DNA of 63,876 bases, the filler included, from Candidatus Tectimicrobiota bacterium (GTDB lineage Bacteria; JACPSX01): NCBI GenBank assembly GCA_016193065.1. It is 6 parts of 6 records of this genome, joined end to end, with 100 filler letters (N's around TTAATTAATTAA, not from the genome) between each part and the next. Parts side by side here need not be neighbours in the genome. Positions count along the whole stretch, not along the records: positions 1 to 7,001 come from JACPSX010000031.1; positions 7,102 to 15,738 come from JACPSX010000033.1; 4 more parts are not named here. One strand, given 5' to 3'. Of this stretch, positions 1 through 10,109 are shown piece after piece (the stretch's first letter is position 1; every line of letters begins with the position of its first letter). The position numbers and the translations under genes were made by a program. The notes beneath the pieces were generated by a model. That model did no database searches and had not been told where the DNA came from. It worked only from the letters and a program-made list of their open reading frames with translations.

Positions 1-189
1 GATCCAACCAATGCGAAAGGGATTCAGTCCGTCGAGAAATTGTTTCACGTCGACCTCGAATTGCCCATGCGCGTGACGAACCGCGTCGGAGGCCGCGTGT
101 ATGTCCGGGTTGACCACGGACGGGAACCTCTCGTCAAACAGTGGTACCGCCGCCTGAGACAGCTTTTCCTTTCCCGGTTTAATGTCTAG
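1..189 (+). CDS. 3' end of a peptidase M50/HlyD-type secretion-associated protein (partial)
   Basis: Frame 1 is open from base 1: ...LFHVDLELP..GGRVYVRVDHGREPLVKQWYRRLRQLFLSRFNV*. The stop overlaps the SecA ATG. The tail resembles M50/HlyD hybrids found beside secondary SecA genes. Not in the ORF track. Confidence 0.6.
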   Translation, partial: DPTNAKGIQSVEKLFHVDLELPMRVTNRVGGRVYVRVDHGREPLVKQWYRRLRQLFLSRFNV

Positions 190-2173
190 CGCGCTGCTTG
201 GAACGGAGTTGACGCGGGGGGCCTACCCCGAGCGGGCGGATCCACGGATCGGGCGACTCGATCAGTTCGGCGCCCGCGCGGTGGGAGGGATCGTCCGCTG
301 GGCAAAGCCCCGGCTGCAGCCCCCGGTTCGAATTATCGCGGCGGTCGCCGCCCATGAACCATCTGTCACCGGTCTCAGCGACGAGCAGATCCGGGAGACC
401 TGCCGGGACCTCCGGGTGCGCCTGCGCCGCGAAGGATTTCGGGAGGATTTGGTGGGCCGTTCTTTCGCTCTGGTTCGCGAGGTGGGCAGTCGGACACTGG
501 GCCAGAGGCACTTCGACGTACAACTGATCGGAGGGTGGGTGTTGTTAAACGGCATGGTGGCCGAGATGGAAACGGGGGAGGGGAAGACGCTGACCGCAAC
601 GCTGGCGGCGAGTACGGCGGCGCTGGCGGGCATTCCCGTGCACATCATCACCGTGAACGATTATCTGGCCTCCCGGGACGCGGAGTGGATGGGTCCCATC
701 TACGGCGCCTTGGGCTTGAGCGTCGGTGTGATCAAGCACGGGTTGGATCCCGATGCTCGCCGGGCGGCGTACGCATGCGATGTGGCCTATTGCACGAACA
801 AGGAGATCACCTTTGACTACTTGAAGGACCGGATCGTATTGGGGCGCCAGTCGGGGAGGATTCGCCTCCACCTGGAACGCCTTTACGGGGAGCAGGCACG
901 CATGCGCCGGCTCCTGATGCGCGGCCTTCATTACGCCATCGTGGACGAGGCCGATAGCGTCCTTATCGATGAAGCGCGAACTCCATTGATCATCGCCGGC
1001 GCAGTCAAGTCCGAGCAGGAGCTCCATGTGTATCAGGCGGCGCTCTCCCTGGCCGCGCAGCTCGAGCAGGAGCGCGACTTCATCCTGGATGGACCCGAAC
1101 GAAACATCCGGCTGACTCCGGAGGGCGAAGCGCGACTCGAGGAGATGGCGCGGGTGCTGGGGGGTGTATGGATCGGTCGCCATACCCGAGAGGATCTGGT
1201 GCGCCAGGCCCTGGTCGCGCAGCGGCTCTTCCAGCGCGACAAGCACTACCTGGTGAGGGATGGGAAGGTGGAGATCATCGATGAGTACACGGGTCGCGTG
1301 ATGCCGGATCGGTCCTGGGAGCACGGTCTCCATCAGATCGTTGAGGCGAAGGAAGACTGCCCGCTCACCGATCGGCAGGATCCCTTGGCCCGGATCAGTT
1401 ACCAGCGATTTTTCCGGCGATACTTGAGGCTCTCGGGCATGACCGGGACAGCGCGGGAAGTGGCGGGGGAATTATGGTCGGTGTACCGATTGCCGGTCAT
1501 CTCCGTGCCGACCAACCGGCCCATCCACCGTCACCCATATCGGGACCGCGTTTATCTGACGGCGGAGGAGAAGTGGGAGGCGATTGTCAAGAAGATTGCG
1601 GAAATCCACAAAACCGGGCGCCCGGTCCTCGTGGGCAGCCGTTCGGTGTCGGCCTCGGAGCACCTAAGCGGCCTTCTGACCTCTGCAGGCCTCTCGCACC
1701 AGGTCCTCAACGCCCGTCAGGATCAGGAAGAGGCTGAGATTATCGCTCGCGCGGGGGAACAGGGGCGGATCACCGTCGCGACCAACATGGCCGGCCGGGG
1801 GACGGACATCCGGCTTGGTCCCGGGGTCGCGGACCTGGGGGGGCTCCACGTGATCGCCACGGAACGCCATGATGCGCGCCGCATCGATCGCCAGCTCTTC
1901 GGACGCTGCGGGCGTCAGGGAGATCCAGGCAGCTACCAGGCCATTCTGTCCCTCGAGGATGAAATCGTCTCTCTGGGCGGCGGCCGCTTCTGGCCCCGGC
2001 TCGCCGCCGCCACGGGGAGCAAGGGTAGCCCGCCTGCTCAGCCCGTAGCGAATTTCGCCGTCCGGCGGGCGCAGCGCGCCGCAGAACGACTGCACTCGCG
2101 GATACGGCGGGATCTGCTGAAAATGGACCAGATGTTGGGGTCCTCACTGGCCTTTACCGGGCGGATAGAATAA
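182..2173 (+). CDS. SecA-like ATPase, short paralog (SecA_DEAD/NBD2, no C-terminal wing/IRA1/Zn domain)
   Basis: EMETGEGKT Walker A, TVNDYLA, IVDEADS, LSGMTGTA, TNMAGRGTDI, RRIDRQLFGRCGRQGDPG; only 663 aa. Confidence 0.93.
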   Translation: MSSALLGTELTRGAYPERADPRIGRLDQFGARAVGGIVRWAKPRLQPPVRIIAAVAAHEPSVTGLSDEQIRETCRDLRVRLRREGFREDLVGRSFALVREVGSRTLGQRHFDVQLIGGWVLLNGMVAEMETGEGKTLTATLAASTAALAGIPVHIITVNDYLASRDAEWMGPIYGALGLSVGVIKHGLDPDARRAAYACDVAYCTNKEITFDYLKDRIVLGRQSGRIRLHLERLYGEQARMRRLLMRGLHYAIVDEADSVLIDEARTPLIIAGAVKSEQELHVYQAALSLAAQLEQERDFILDGPERNIRLTPEGEARLEEMARVLGGVWIGRHTREDLVRQALVAQRLFQRDKHYLVRDGKVEIIDEYTGRVMPDRSWEHGLHQIVEAKEDCPLTDRQDPLARISYQRFFRRYLRLSGMTGTAREVAGELWSVYRLPVISVPTNRPIHRHPYRDRVYLTAEEKWEAIVKKIAEIHKTGRPVLVGSRSVSASEHLSGLLTSAGLSHQVLNARQDQEEAEIIARAGEQGRITVATNMAGRGTDIRLGPGVADLGGLHVIATERHDARRIDRQLFGRCGRQGDPGSYQAILSLEDEIVSLGGGRFWPRLAAATGSKGSPPAQPVANFAVRRAQRAAERLHSRIRRDLLKMDQMLGSSLAFTGRIE

Positions 2174-2192
2174 CCAAGGGAACATAGGTCTG

Positions 2193-2234
2193 CCCCTTTC
2201 TCCCTGGAAGGGGGGAGGATGAAGGTGAGGGGGT
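2193..2234. repeat. Palindromic intergenic repeat, CCCTCACC/CCCTCTCCC-GGGAGAGG family (partial copy)
   Basis: cccctttctccc-tggaa-ggggggagg-atgaaggtgagggggt; matches the right half of the 40901-40975 copy. Confidence 0.6.
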
Positions 2235-2254
2235 ATGGCAGAAGGGAGGGAAGT

Positions 2255-3940
2255 ATGCGCAAGATGGTTCTTCTGGTCTTTTTTCTTTCGCTGATCCAAA
2301 TCCTGTCCCTTCCGGAGTTTCTCCTGGCGCAGGGACTCCCAAACCGGAGTCCGAATGGAAGTTTCGGTGGGGTAGCGGGCGGGCGGGATGGCGTAGTCGA
2401 CATCGAGCTGAAAAAACCGCCTTTACAGGGGGAGATCCGTTTGTTCCTGCGCAGGGCGGTGGAGTTGGCCCTGGAGCGCAGCCCAGCCCTGGTCGTGGAG
2501 AAAATCCGGCTGGAGCAGGAACGCACGAAGATTGTTGAGCAAAAAGGGGAGTTTGATCCGACGGTGAGCTTCTCTTCGACGGCGGCGGAAAGAGAGAATG
2601 TCAACGCGAGCCGGTTTTTCCCCTCGGGAACCTACGTTGAGAAGGAAAGAACCCAAGAGCTCGGCTTCAAGGGGAAGATTTTCGCCGGGGGAAAATACGA
2701 GAGCACTTTTCGCTTTCAGGAGCTCAAGTCAACCTCCAACACGCAGACTTTGAGTCCCCAGTACGGCCCCACCCTGAGCTTTAATTTTTCTCAACCGTTC
2801 CTGCGCGACTTCGGCCTGGATGCGAATCTCTCCCGTATCCGGGTGGCGCAAAAGGGAGAGGAGATTGCCGAGCAGGACCTGGCTTTGCAACTGTCCGGGA
2901 TGATCCAAAAAGTCGTGGAGGCCTACTGGAACCTGTTGTTCCTGCGACAGGACCTGGAAGTGAAAAACGTGGGACTTGATTTCGCCAAAGCATTGCTGCG
3001 GCAAAACGAAGATCTTTTCCGGGCGGGGAAGGTAGCTCAGGTGAGCGTCCAGGAGGCCCGGGCGGGGGTTGCGGAGCGCGAGGAAGCGGTGATTGTTGCG
3101 GAGAATGAGGCGAGAAAGGGAGAGGATCAGTTGAAACTGCTCCTTTACACGGGGCTGGAGGGCGTAAGTCTAGTGCATCTGGACACCCTGAGGGACGAGC
3201 CGATCGACCTGGATGTCAGGAAAAGCGTGGAACTGGCCTTACTGAAAAGACCGGAGATCGTGCGTCTGAGAAGGATCGTGGAACAGAAGAAGATCGAGGA
3301 GAAGTTCGCATCAAACCAGAAGCTCCCACGCCTGGATCTGACCGCCCAGTACAACATGGTGGGACTCTCCGGAAAACCCAGCAGCACCCCGATCAGTCCC
3401 GGTGGGCCCAGCGCGGGATCCCTGGTGGCGGGCTCCGCCTTCGAGGACAAAACTCACCCGATAGACGCCTTTAACAAGTTTTTCACCCGGGACGGGTTTG
3501 ATCAGTGGCTGGTGGGGATCAAGCTGGAGTTTCCCTTGGGCAACCAGACCGCCAAGGCAAAGATGACCGAAGCGACCCTGAGTTTAATGGAGGCGCAGAG
3601 CGGCCTTCACCGCCTGGAGGAAGAGACATCCGTGCAAGTAAGAAACGCAATTCGAGATGTACTCACGGCCCGCAAACGGATTGAGGCAACCCGGGCCTCT
3701 ATGAGGCTGTTCGAAGAGCAGCTCGGCGGGACACGGAAGAAATTCGAGGCAGGCATCGCGACCAGCTATGAGGTGCTCAAAGTTCTGGACGATCTGGCCA
3801 CGGCAAAGACGAGGGAATTGAAGGCACTGATGGACTATAATGTTGGCAAGACCGCGCTCAACGTAGCCGAAGGCAGTGTTTTGGAGAAATTCGATGTGGA
3901 GATCGGGAAGCCGCCGCGCTATGTGTTCAAGAATTATTGA
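2255..3940 (+). CDS. TolC family outer membrane protein
   Basis: Signal peptide, two OEP repeats (FSQPFLRDFG, AYWNL, LPRLDL, LEFPLGN, KFEAGIATSYEV); GGGAGG before ATG 2255. Confidence 0.9.
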   Translation: MRKMVLLVFFLSLIQILSLPEFLLAQGLPNRSPNGSFGGVAGGRDGVVDIELKKPPLQGEIRLFLRRAVELALERSPALVVEKIRLEQERTKIVEQKGEFDPTVSFSSTAAERENVNASRFFPSGTYVEKERTQELGFKGKIFAGGKYESTFRFQELKSTSNTQTLSPQYGPTLSFNFSQPFLRDFGLDANLSRIRVAQKGEEIAEQDLALQLSGMIQKVVEAYWNLLFLRQDLEVKNVGLDFAKALLRQNEDLFRAGKVAQVSVQEARAGVAEREEAVIVAENEARKGEDQLKLLLYTGLEGVSLVHLDTLRDEPIDLDVRKSVELALLKRPEIVRLRRIVEQKKIEEKFASNQKLPRLDLTAQYNMVGLSGKPSSTPISPGGPSAGSLVAGSAFEDKTHPIDAFNKFFTRDGFDQWLVGIKLEFPLGNQTAKAKMTEATLSLMEAQSGLHRLEEETSVQVRNAIRDVLTARKRIEATRASMRLFEEQLGGTRKKFEAGIATSYEVLKVLDDLATAKTRELKALMDYNVGKTALNVAEGSVLEKFDVEIGKPPRYVFKNY

Positions 3941-4803
3941 CGGGCAGCGGGCGCGATTCGGGCGAGATGGAGGGGATTGAATTGAAAATTGTGGGGTGTG
4001 CTCTGGCATCCGTATTCTTCCTGTTATCTTCTGCCTCCGCCGCTCCGCTCAGGGCTGCGGGGGTGGTTCGTGCCCAGGATGAGGTTGTGGTGAAGAGCGA
4101 GGCTAGCGGGATCCTCTGGAACATCCGGGTCGAGGAAGGACAGCAAGTTCGAGAAGGCCAGCTTCTGGTGGAGCTGAAGAACAATCGGCAGAAAATCGGG
4201 GTGGAACTGGCGCGGGCAAACCTGCTGAAAGCCCAATCCTCCCTGGTGGCATCCAAGGTTGCTTACGAAAACGCGAAGAAGGAGTGGGCCCGGGTCAGCA
4301 TCGCCGGGGATGCGCTGCCGCGCAAGGAATTGGAGGACAAGGAGGATGAAACACTCCGCCTGCAGGCCTTGCTGCAGGTCCAGGAAGGGGAGATCGAGCA
4401 GGCAAAGGCGGAGTTGAAATTGCGGGAAAACGAGCTCACGGAAACGCAGTTGTTGGCACCTTTCAGCGCAGTTGTGACTCAGATCTTCATCCATAAGGGG
4501 GATGCGGTGAGACCCCTGGAAACGCCCGTTTTGGAGTTGGTGGCGCTTGATCGGCTCTACGTGGAGTTGGTTCTGCCGGTGGAGGTCTTGCCACGGGTTC
4601 GCGTGAATCAGCGGGTGAGGGTCCAGACGGAGAGAGAGATTCTCGGCCGCGCGGGAGTTTTGGAAGGGAGGGTGAGCCATATAAATCCCAAGGTGGATGC
4701 CTCGAGCCGCACGTTTTTCGTCAAAGTGATTTTTTCTGATCCGCAAGGTAAAGTACACCCGGGCATGCTGGGCGAGGTCAGTTTCCCCGAGTCGAACCCG
4801 TAG
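3937..4803 (+). CDS. Membrane fusion protein / periplasmic adaptor (HlyD/RND type)
   Basis: Lipoyl half motifs VEEGQQVREGQLL and LLAPFSAVV, coiled coil, INPKVDASSRTF, HPGM; start may be ATG 3967. Confidence 0.9.
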   Translation: MTGSGRDSGEMEGIELKIVGCALASVFFLLSSASAAPLRAAGVVRAQDEVVVKSEASGILWNIRVEEGQQVREGQLLVELKNNRQKIGVELARANLLKAQSSLVASKVAYENAKKEWARVSIAGDALPRKELEDKEDETLRLQALLQVQEGEIEQAKAELKLRENELTETQLLAPFSAVVTQIFIHKGDAVRPLETPVLELVALDRLYVELVLPVEVLPRVRVNQRVRVQTEREILGRAGVLEGRVSHINPKVDASSRTFFVKVIFSDPQGKVHPGMLGEVSFPESNP

Positions 4804-4942
4804 CCGTCAGGCCCCTGAATCCTGTTCCGTCCATGTTTTTCGCCCACCAAATCTGACGCTTCATTCCGGCCTTCAGGCCAGCCGATCCGTCCCTTGCCCA
4901 CCCCCAGTTTGCCTAAGAAGGAACAATTGCTATCCCCATCAG

Positions 4943-5062
4943 CTCCTCGGGGTGCCCCCTTGGGCTCACGAAGCGCTTGCGATGAGACATTTGCCGGCCA
5001 AATCGAGAGGGATTTGCCTCGCAACCGCTTAGATCGCCTGCGGGGGCAACCCCTCGGAGGAG
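4943..5062. repeat. Structured dispersed repeat, copy A (~115 bp long hairpin)
   Basis: Collinear with 37510-37620; nested inverted repeats ggggtgccccc/gggggcaacccc, aagcg/cgctt, ttgcga/tcgcaa. Confidence 0.8.
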
Positions 5063-5295
5063 AGAGTACCAAGGGGACTGTCCTTCCTGCCCTGAGCGCA
5101 ACTGCCGGGAGCAGCGGCACCCAGAGGGTACCCGACCGGGAGAAGGGCAGGAAGACAGACCCTTCGCCAGGGATTCGCCAAAAGTGGGGGTGGGTAAGCG
5201 ATCCGTCCCCGTTGACGAAGGTGAGTTTTTGTGTTAACGTCCTGCGCCTAAACCCCGGAAGATGCGGGCTATAGCTGAGTTGCAGGCAGGATACC

Positions 5296-6264
5296 GTGGA
5301 AATCATTCGCGATTCGAAAGACATTCCCTCTCGTCCTCGAAAGCCGATTCTCACGATCGGAAACTTCGACGGAGTCCACGTGGGGCATCAGTTTATCTTT
5401 CGCAACGTGGCCCAGCAGGCCGACGCCGTGGGGGGGACCAGCATTGCCTTTACCTTTGAACCCCACCCGTTGAAAATTCTCGACCCGGAGCACCTACCGC
5501 CGCGCCTGACCACGGCCAACCAGAAACTGGACATCATGGGGCAGTGTGGCCTCGACATGGCGATTTGTGTGGACTTTACCCGTGAGTTTTCCCGCTTGGC
5601 CCCTGAGGAGTTCGTGCATGAATACCTGTGCAAGCGCCTGGCGGTTTCCGAGGTCTTCGTGGGTGAGGGGTTTGCTTTCGGCCGGGACCGGACGGGCTCC
5701 ATTGCCACATTGCGCAGTCTCTCCCAAACGTGCGGCTTCCAGGTAAACGTCGCCGCGCCGGTAAAACTGGGTCCCCATCGGGTGAGCAGCACTTTGGTCC
5801 GGCAGTGGGTGGAGGAGGGGAGAGTGGATGAAGCGGCTCCTCTCCTCAACCGCCTCTATACCCTGGTCGGAAAGGTGGCCCAGGGGGCGAGCCGGGGCGC
5901 GGCGCTGGGATTTCCCACGGCGAACCTGCTCCCGGGAGAACAACTTCTCCCCAAGCGGGGAGTGTACGCCGCCTATATCGGCTGGCGCGGCATGGAGCTG
6001 CGCGGGGTGGTCAATGTCGGGGTCGCGCCCACCTTCGCGGGGGAACAGGTCCTGGTTGAAGCTCACCTGTTCGACTTTCATCGCGACCTCTACGGCGAGA
6101 CTCTGGAGGTGGGCTTTGTCAAGCGGCTGCGGGATGAGCGCAAATTTCCGCAGGTTGAAGATCTGGTGGCTCAGATCCGCCGCGATGCGGAAGACGCACA
6201 AGCTCTCTTTTCTTCTCTCGAACGAGAGCCCCTGCGCTGGGGCCTGAGGATCCGCAATCTCTAA
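5296..6264 (+). CDS. ribF: Bifunctional riboflavin kinase/FAD synthetase
   Basis: IGNFDGVHVGHQ, FEPHP, VSSTLVR, LGFPTANL, VEAHLFDF, LRDERKF. Confidence 0.97.
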   Translation: MEIIRDSKDIPSRPRKPILTIGNFDGVHVGHQFIFRNVAQQADAVGGTSIAFTFEPHPLKILDPEHLPPRLTTANQKLDIMGQCGLDMAICVDFTREFSRLAPEEFVHEYLCKRLAVSEVFVGEGFAFGRDRTGSIATLRSLSQTCGFQVNVAAPVKLGPHRVSSTLVRQWVEEGRVDEAAPLLNRLYTLVGKVAQGASRGAALGFPTANLLPGEQLLPKRGVYAAYIGWRGMELRGVVNVGVAPTFAGEQVLVEAHLFDFHRDLYGETLEVGFVKRLRDERKFPQVEDLVAQIRRDAEDAQALFSSLEREPLRWGLRIRNL

Positions 6265-6271
6265 CTCCGGA

Positions 6272-7001
6272 ATGATCCGCAAAGTCGGGCTGGGACTTTT
6301 CCTGAGCGCCGTGTTTACGGTGCTCTTGCTGCGCAACGTCAGTTGGGCCGATCTCCGGGAATCCCTGGCCAGGGTGAATTACTGGATCATCGTCCCTCTG
6401 ACCGCCATGACCCTCTTTAGCACTCTCCTGCGGTCCTGGCGCTGGCTCTATCTCCTGGCTCCGGTGAGACCCGTTGGCGTCGTGAGATTGTTCTCGGCGA
6501 ATTCCATCGGCCTCATGGCCAATATGATCTTTCCCGCCCGCCCGGGGGAATTTGTCCGCGCTTACGTCCTGGGGCACTTTGCCTCTGACGGAGGACATCC
6601 GCCGGCTCCTGCGCCTGGGGGGATGGCTCTCTTTTCTGCTTTATGTCGGGCTTCTCGCATTTCTGGTTTTACTTCGCCAGAAGCCGGAGCTGGCCCATGC
6701 GGTTATCCACAAGGCGTTGTTCTGGACCTCGGCGGGATTGCGCCACCGGGTCCGGGAACTGATGGATTCCTTTTCGATGGGGCTCCGGGTCCTTGGCAGC
6801 CCGGGTCACTCCCTCGGAGTGGCACTCTTCTCGGCTATCCTCTGGGTGTTTTATGCATTCATCAATTACGTAATCCTGGCCTTTTTTGGACTCCAGATCC
6901 CCGTGGCGGGACTTTTTCTCCTGATGGTCTTCCAGGCTTTTGGGGTCATGCTCCCCTCTTCTCCCGGCTTTGTGGGGACCTATCATGCCGCCACCGTAGC
7001 A
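6272..7001 (+). CDS. Lysylphosphatidylglycerol synthase TM/flippase-like (UPF0104) protein, frameshifted near 6575, truncated by contig end
   Basis: LRSWRW and NMIFPARPGEFVRAY in one frame; LPSSPGFVGTYHAA in another; the usual ERxxD segment is missing. Confidence 0.8.
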
Positions 7002-7101
7002 NNNNNNNNNNNNNNNNNNNNNNNNNNNNNNNNNNNNNNNNNNNNTTAATTAATTAANNNNNNNNNNNNNNNNNNNNNNNNNNNNNNNNNNNNNNNNNNN
7101 N
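7002..7101. other. Artificial contig linker
   Basis: N44-TTAATTAATTAA-N44, stops in all six frames. Confidence 0.98.
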
Positions 7102-8248
7102 CGTCCCGGTGGATCACCTCGTCGTAGTCCTTGCGCCCCAGGATGGACTCGATGGAGTCCGTATGAGCCCCTTTGATTTTCGCCAGATCCCGGGCGCTGT
7201 AGTTGACCAGGCCTCGGGCGAATTCCCGCAAGTCCTGTCCGAGGCAGCTGACGGCATCTCCGAAGGTAAAGCTTCCCCGCACATCGACAACCCCGGAAGG
7301 GAGCAAGCTCTTGCCGTGCCGGACCAGAGCCTCCTTGGCCCCGTCGTCGACCGTGATTTCCCCCCGCGGCCGCAGGGTATGGAGGATCCAGTGTTTCCGG
7401 CTGCGCAGCGGTTTCTCGGTAGGCAGGAACAGAGTGCCCACAAGTTCCCCCGAAAGGACTCGGGTGATGATCCCTTCCTCCCTGCCGTTGGCAATTACCG
7501 TGAAGCCGCCTGCCTGGCTCATGGCCTTGGCGGCCCGGATCTTTGTCACCATTCCGCCGGTCCCCAGAACTCCGGGGCGAGCCCCCGCCAACTGCTCCAC
7601 CTCCGCAGTGACCTCGGGGACAGAGGAGATGAGACGAGGATTTCCTCCAGCTCCCGGATCGGTGTCGTAGAGCCCATCCGTGTCGGTTAAGATGAGCAAA
7701 AGGTCGGCATCCATCAGGCTAGCGACCTGGGCGGAAAGCGTGTCATTGTCGCCAAATCGGATCTCATCCACTGCGACCGTGTCGTTCTCGTTGATGATTG
7801 GAATTGTTCCCAGCTCGATGAGAGTAAGCAGCGTCGTGCGGGCGTTCAAGTAGCGCCGGCGGTCCCGAAGGTCCTCGTGAGTGAGAAGAATCTGGGCCAC
7901 ATGGGTGTCGTGCGCTTCGAAAAACTTCTCGTAAGCCCGGATGAGGTGACTTTGGCCTGCGGCGGCGACCGCTTGCTTGAGAGGGAGAGTGCGGGGTGGT
8001 TCTTTGAGCCCCAGCTTGAGGATCCCCGATGCAATGGCGCCGGAAGACACCAGGAGGATCTCGACGCCATCCTCGCGCAGCGAGGCGATCTGAGAGGAGA
8101 TGGATTCGATCGTAGCCGTGTTCAGTCCCTGGTTGGGAAGGGCAAGGATACTGCTGCCGATTTTTACGACGATCCGCCGGATCCCATGGTTCCGGAGGCG
8201 TTCCCGGAATCTGGAATCGTTGCCCTTCCTGTCATCCGACGCAGACAT
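7102..8248 (-). CDS. proB: Glutamate 5-kinase (3' truncated)
   Basis: VVKIGSS, VSSGAI, INENDTV, FGDNDTLSA, GTGGMVTK, PUA domain. Confidence 0.97.
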
Positions 8249-9257
8249 TTAGCTTTCTTTCCGCACGCGGCAGGAGCGCGTCGACGGCCCGAGCCAGTTC
8301 CTCGATCCCCATCCCGGTGAGAGCCGAGACGGGAATAGGGTGGAATCCCTTTTCATGAAATGCTTCCGTGCAGGATCTCCAGTTTGCCGAGGCAGTGGGC
8401 AAGTCCATCTTCGTCGCGACAATGAGATAGGGTTTTTCAGCCAGTCCTTTTCCATAGGCGACCACTTCGGATCGCAAGGCTGTGAACTGATCCCAAGGGG
8501 ATGTTTGCTCGGGAGAAGCGCGGAAGTCGATCAGGTAGAGCAGGGTCCCGGTGCGCTCCAGATGCTTTAGAAACCGGAGCCCCAGTCCCTTTCCCCGGTG
8601 AGCTCCTGCGACGATTCCCGGTATGTCGGCTACCACTGTCGCACCACCCGGAAGGTCCCACACGCCCAGAGCGGGCTCCAGAGTGGTAAAAGCGTAAGGG
8701 GCAACCTTGGGCCGGGCCTCTGAAATCCGGGAAATCAGGGTCGATTTGCCCGCATTCGGGAAGCCCAAGAGCCCGACATCCGCCAGGAGCTTGAGCTCCA
8801 AAACCAGCCAGCGCTCTTCACCCGGTTCGCCGAGCTCCCGTTGCCGGGGGGCACGGTTCGTTGCAGATTTGAAGCGGGCGTTTCCACGCCCACCCTTTCC
8901 TCCTCGCACCGCCAGCAGCTCCATCCCCTCCCGGGAAAGATCCGCCAGCACTTCTCCGGTCTTCGCATCAATCACCTCGGTGCCGACGGGAATTGTAAGG
9001 ATGATGTCCTCCCCTTGGTGGCCATGGCGGTTTCCCCCCTCCCCGTGTCCACCGGATGGCGCCTGATAGCGCTTGCGGTAGGCGAAATCAGTCAGCGTGT
9101 GCAGGTTCGCATCTGTGCGCAAGAATATGTGACCTCCTCGCCCCCCGTCCCCCCCATCGGGCCCTCCCCGGGGTACGTATTTTTCCCGGTGGAAACTGAG
9201 GCAACCATCTCCCCCCTTGCCGCCCACGAGGAAGATTTTGGCTTGATCCACAAGCAA
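8232..9257 (-). CDS. obgE: GTPase Obg/CgtA
   Basis: GGPDGGDGGRGG, GFPNAGKST, FTTLEP, DIPG, TKMD. Confidence 0.97.
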   Translation of the reverse strand: MLVDQAKIFLVGGKGGDGCLSFHREKYVPRGGPDGGDGGRGGHIFLRTDANLHTLTDFAYRKRYQAPSGGHGEGGNRHGHQGEDIILTIPVGTEVIDAKTGEVLADLSREGMELLAVRGGKGGRGNARFKSATNRAPRQRELGEPGEERWLVLELKLLADVGLLGFPNAGKSTLISRISEARPKVAPYAFTTLEPALGVWDLPGGATVVADIPGIVAGAHRGKGLGLRFLKHLERTGTLLYLIDFRASPEQTSPWDQFTALRSEVVAYGKGLAEKPYLIVATKMDLPTASANWRSCTEAFHEKGFHPIPVSALTGMGIEELARAVDALLPRAERKLNVCVG

Positions 9258-9370
9258 GGCTACCCCCTTGCAGCTTACTACGGTGACCCGGGAAGGAGGA
9301 GAAAGGAAGCAGGTGAGAAGTCAAAAATATGAGGGAAAATTGCAGTCGTTTTTTCTCTCATCAGCCGGCC

Positions 9371-9625
9371 TTATCCGGTAAAGACGCTGACGATCTTCCG
9401 ACCTCCGGCCTTGGTTTCAAAGCGCACGAATCCATCAACGGTTGCAAACAGGGTGTAGTCGTTCCCCAAGCCCACATTGGCGCCGGGGTGGAAGTGGGTA
9501 CCCCGCTGGCGGACCAAGATGCTGCCCGCAGTGACCCGCTGCCCGCATCCTGCCTTTACCCCGAGCCTTTTGCCGATGGTGTCTCGGCCGTTTGTTGTGC
9601 TGCCCTGTCCTTTCTTGTGAGCCAT
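9371..9625 (-). CDS. rpmA: 50S ribosomal protein L27
   Basis: [26 protein letters not shown]. Confidence 0.98.
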   Translation of the reverse strand: MAHKKGQGSTTNGRDTIGKRLGVKAGCGQRVTAGSILVRQRGTHFHPGANVGLGNDYTLFATVDGFVRFETKAGGRKIVSVFTG

Positions 9626-9633
9626 TGTCCTAG

Positions 9634-9957
9634 TTACCCCCTTGATCCGACGATGATATCCGTGATCTTGAGCTCCGTAAACCCCTGACGATGCCCCTTG
9701 CGGCGCCGGTAGTTTTTGCGGCGCTTGTGCTTGAAGACGATCACTTTCTTTCCCTGCCCCTGGGAGAGAATCTGAGCGGTCACCCGCACCCCTGGCAGGG
9801 TCGGCGTTCCAGTTTCCACGTTCCCATCCCGATTCAGGAGAAGAACTTGAGACATTTCAACGGCTTCTCCGACTTCCCCGGGCAGGGACTCGACTCGTAC
9901 GACGCTGCCCGGAGAGACCTGGATCTGTTTACCGCCTGTGCCAATTACCGCATACAT
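9634..9957 (-). CDS. rplU: 50S ribosomal protein L21
   Basis: [11 protein letters not shown]...[14 protein letters not shown]; start ATG 9957 after AGGAGG. Confidence 0.97.
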   Translation of the reverse strand: MYAVIGTGGKQIQVSPGSVVRVESLPGEVGEAVEMSQVLLLNRDGNVETGTPTLPGVRVTAQILSQGQGKKVIVFKHKRRKNYRRRKGHRQGFTELKITDIIVGSRG

Positions 9958-10027
9958 GAGTGCCTTTCCTTCCTCCTTCTTACCCTGCCAGTAAAACGGG
10001 CTCTCGTGTCTAGTCTGCTGACAAATA

Positions 10028-10058
10028 NNNNNNNNNNNNNNNNNNNNNNNNNNNNNNN
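10028..10058. other. Internal scaffold gap (31 N)
   Basis: Run of N with no linker motif. Confidence 0.95.
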
Positions 10059-10109
10059 ATGCTGTATAGGTGGACACGCCAAATGGCCAACCAAGATTGG
10101 ACCCCACCG

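Noticed and set aside
4894-5274. 126-aa ORF, and the similar 63-aa ORF at 37471-37662
   Set aside because: The shared peptide (PRGAPLGSR.ACDE) is just translation of the dispersed repeat; TTG/GTG starts and no RBS
5100-5295. Possible FMN riboswitch upstream of ribF
   Set aside because: The conserved RFN sequence blocks are not present in order
7046-7057. TTAATTAATTAA repeated five times
   Set aside because: Always centred in 100-bp N blocks; a synthetic linker, so ORFs ending in LIN or crossing N runs are artefacts
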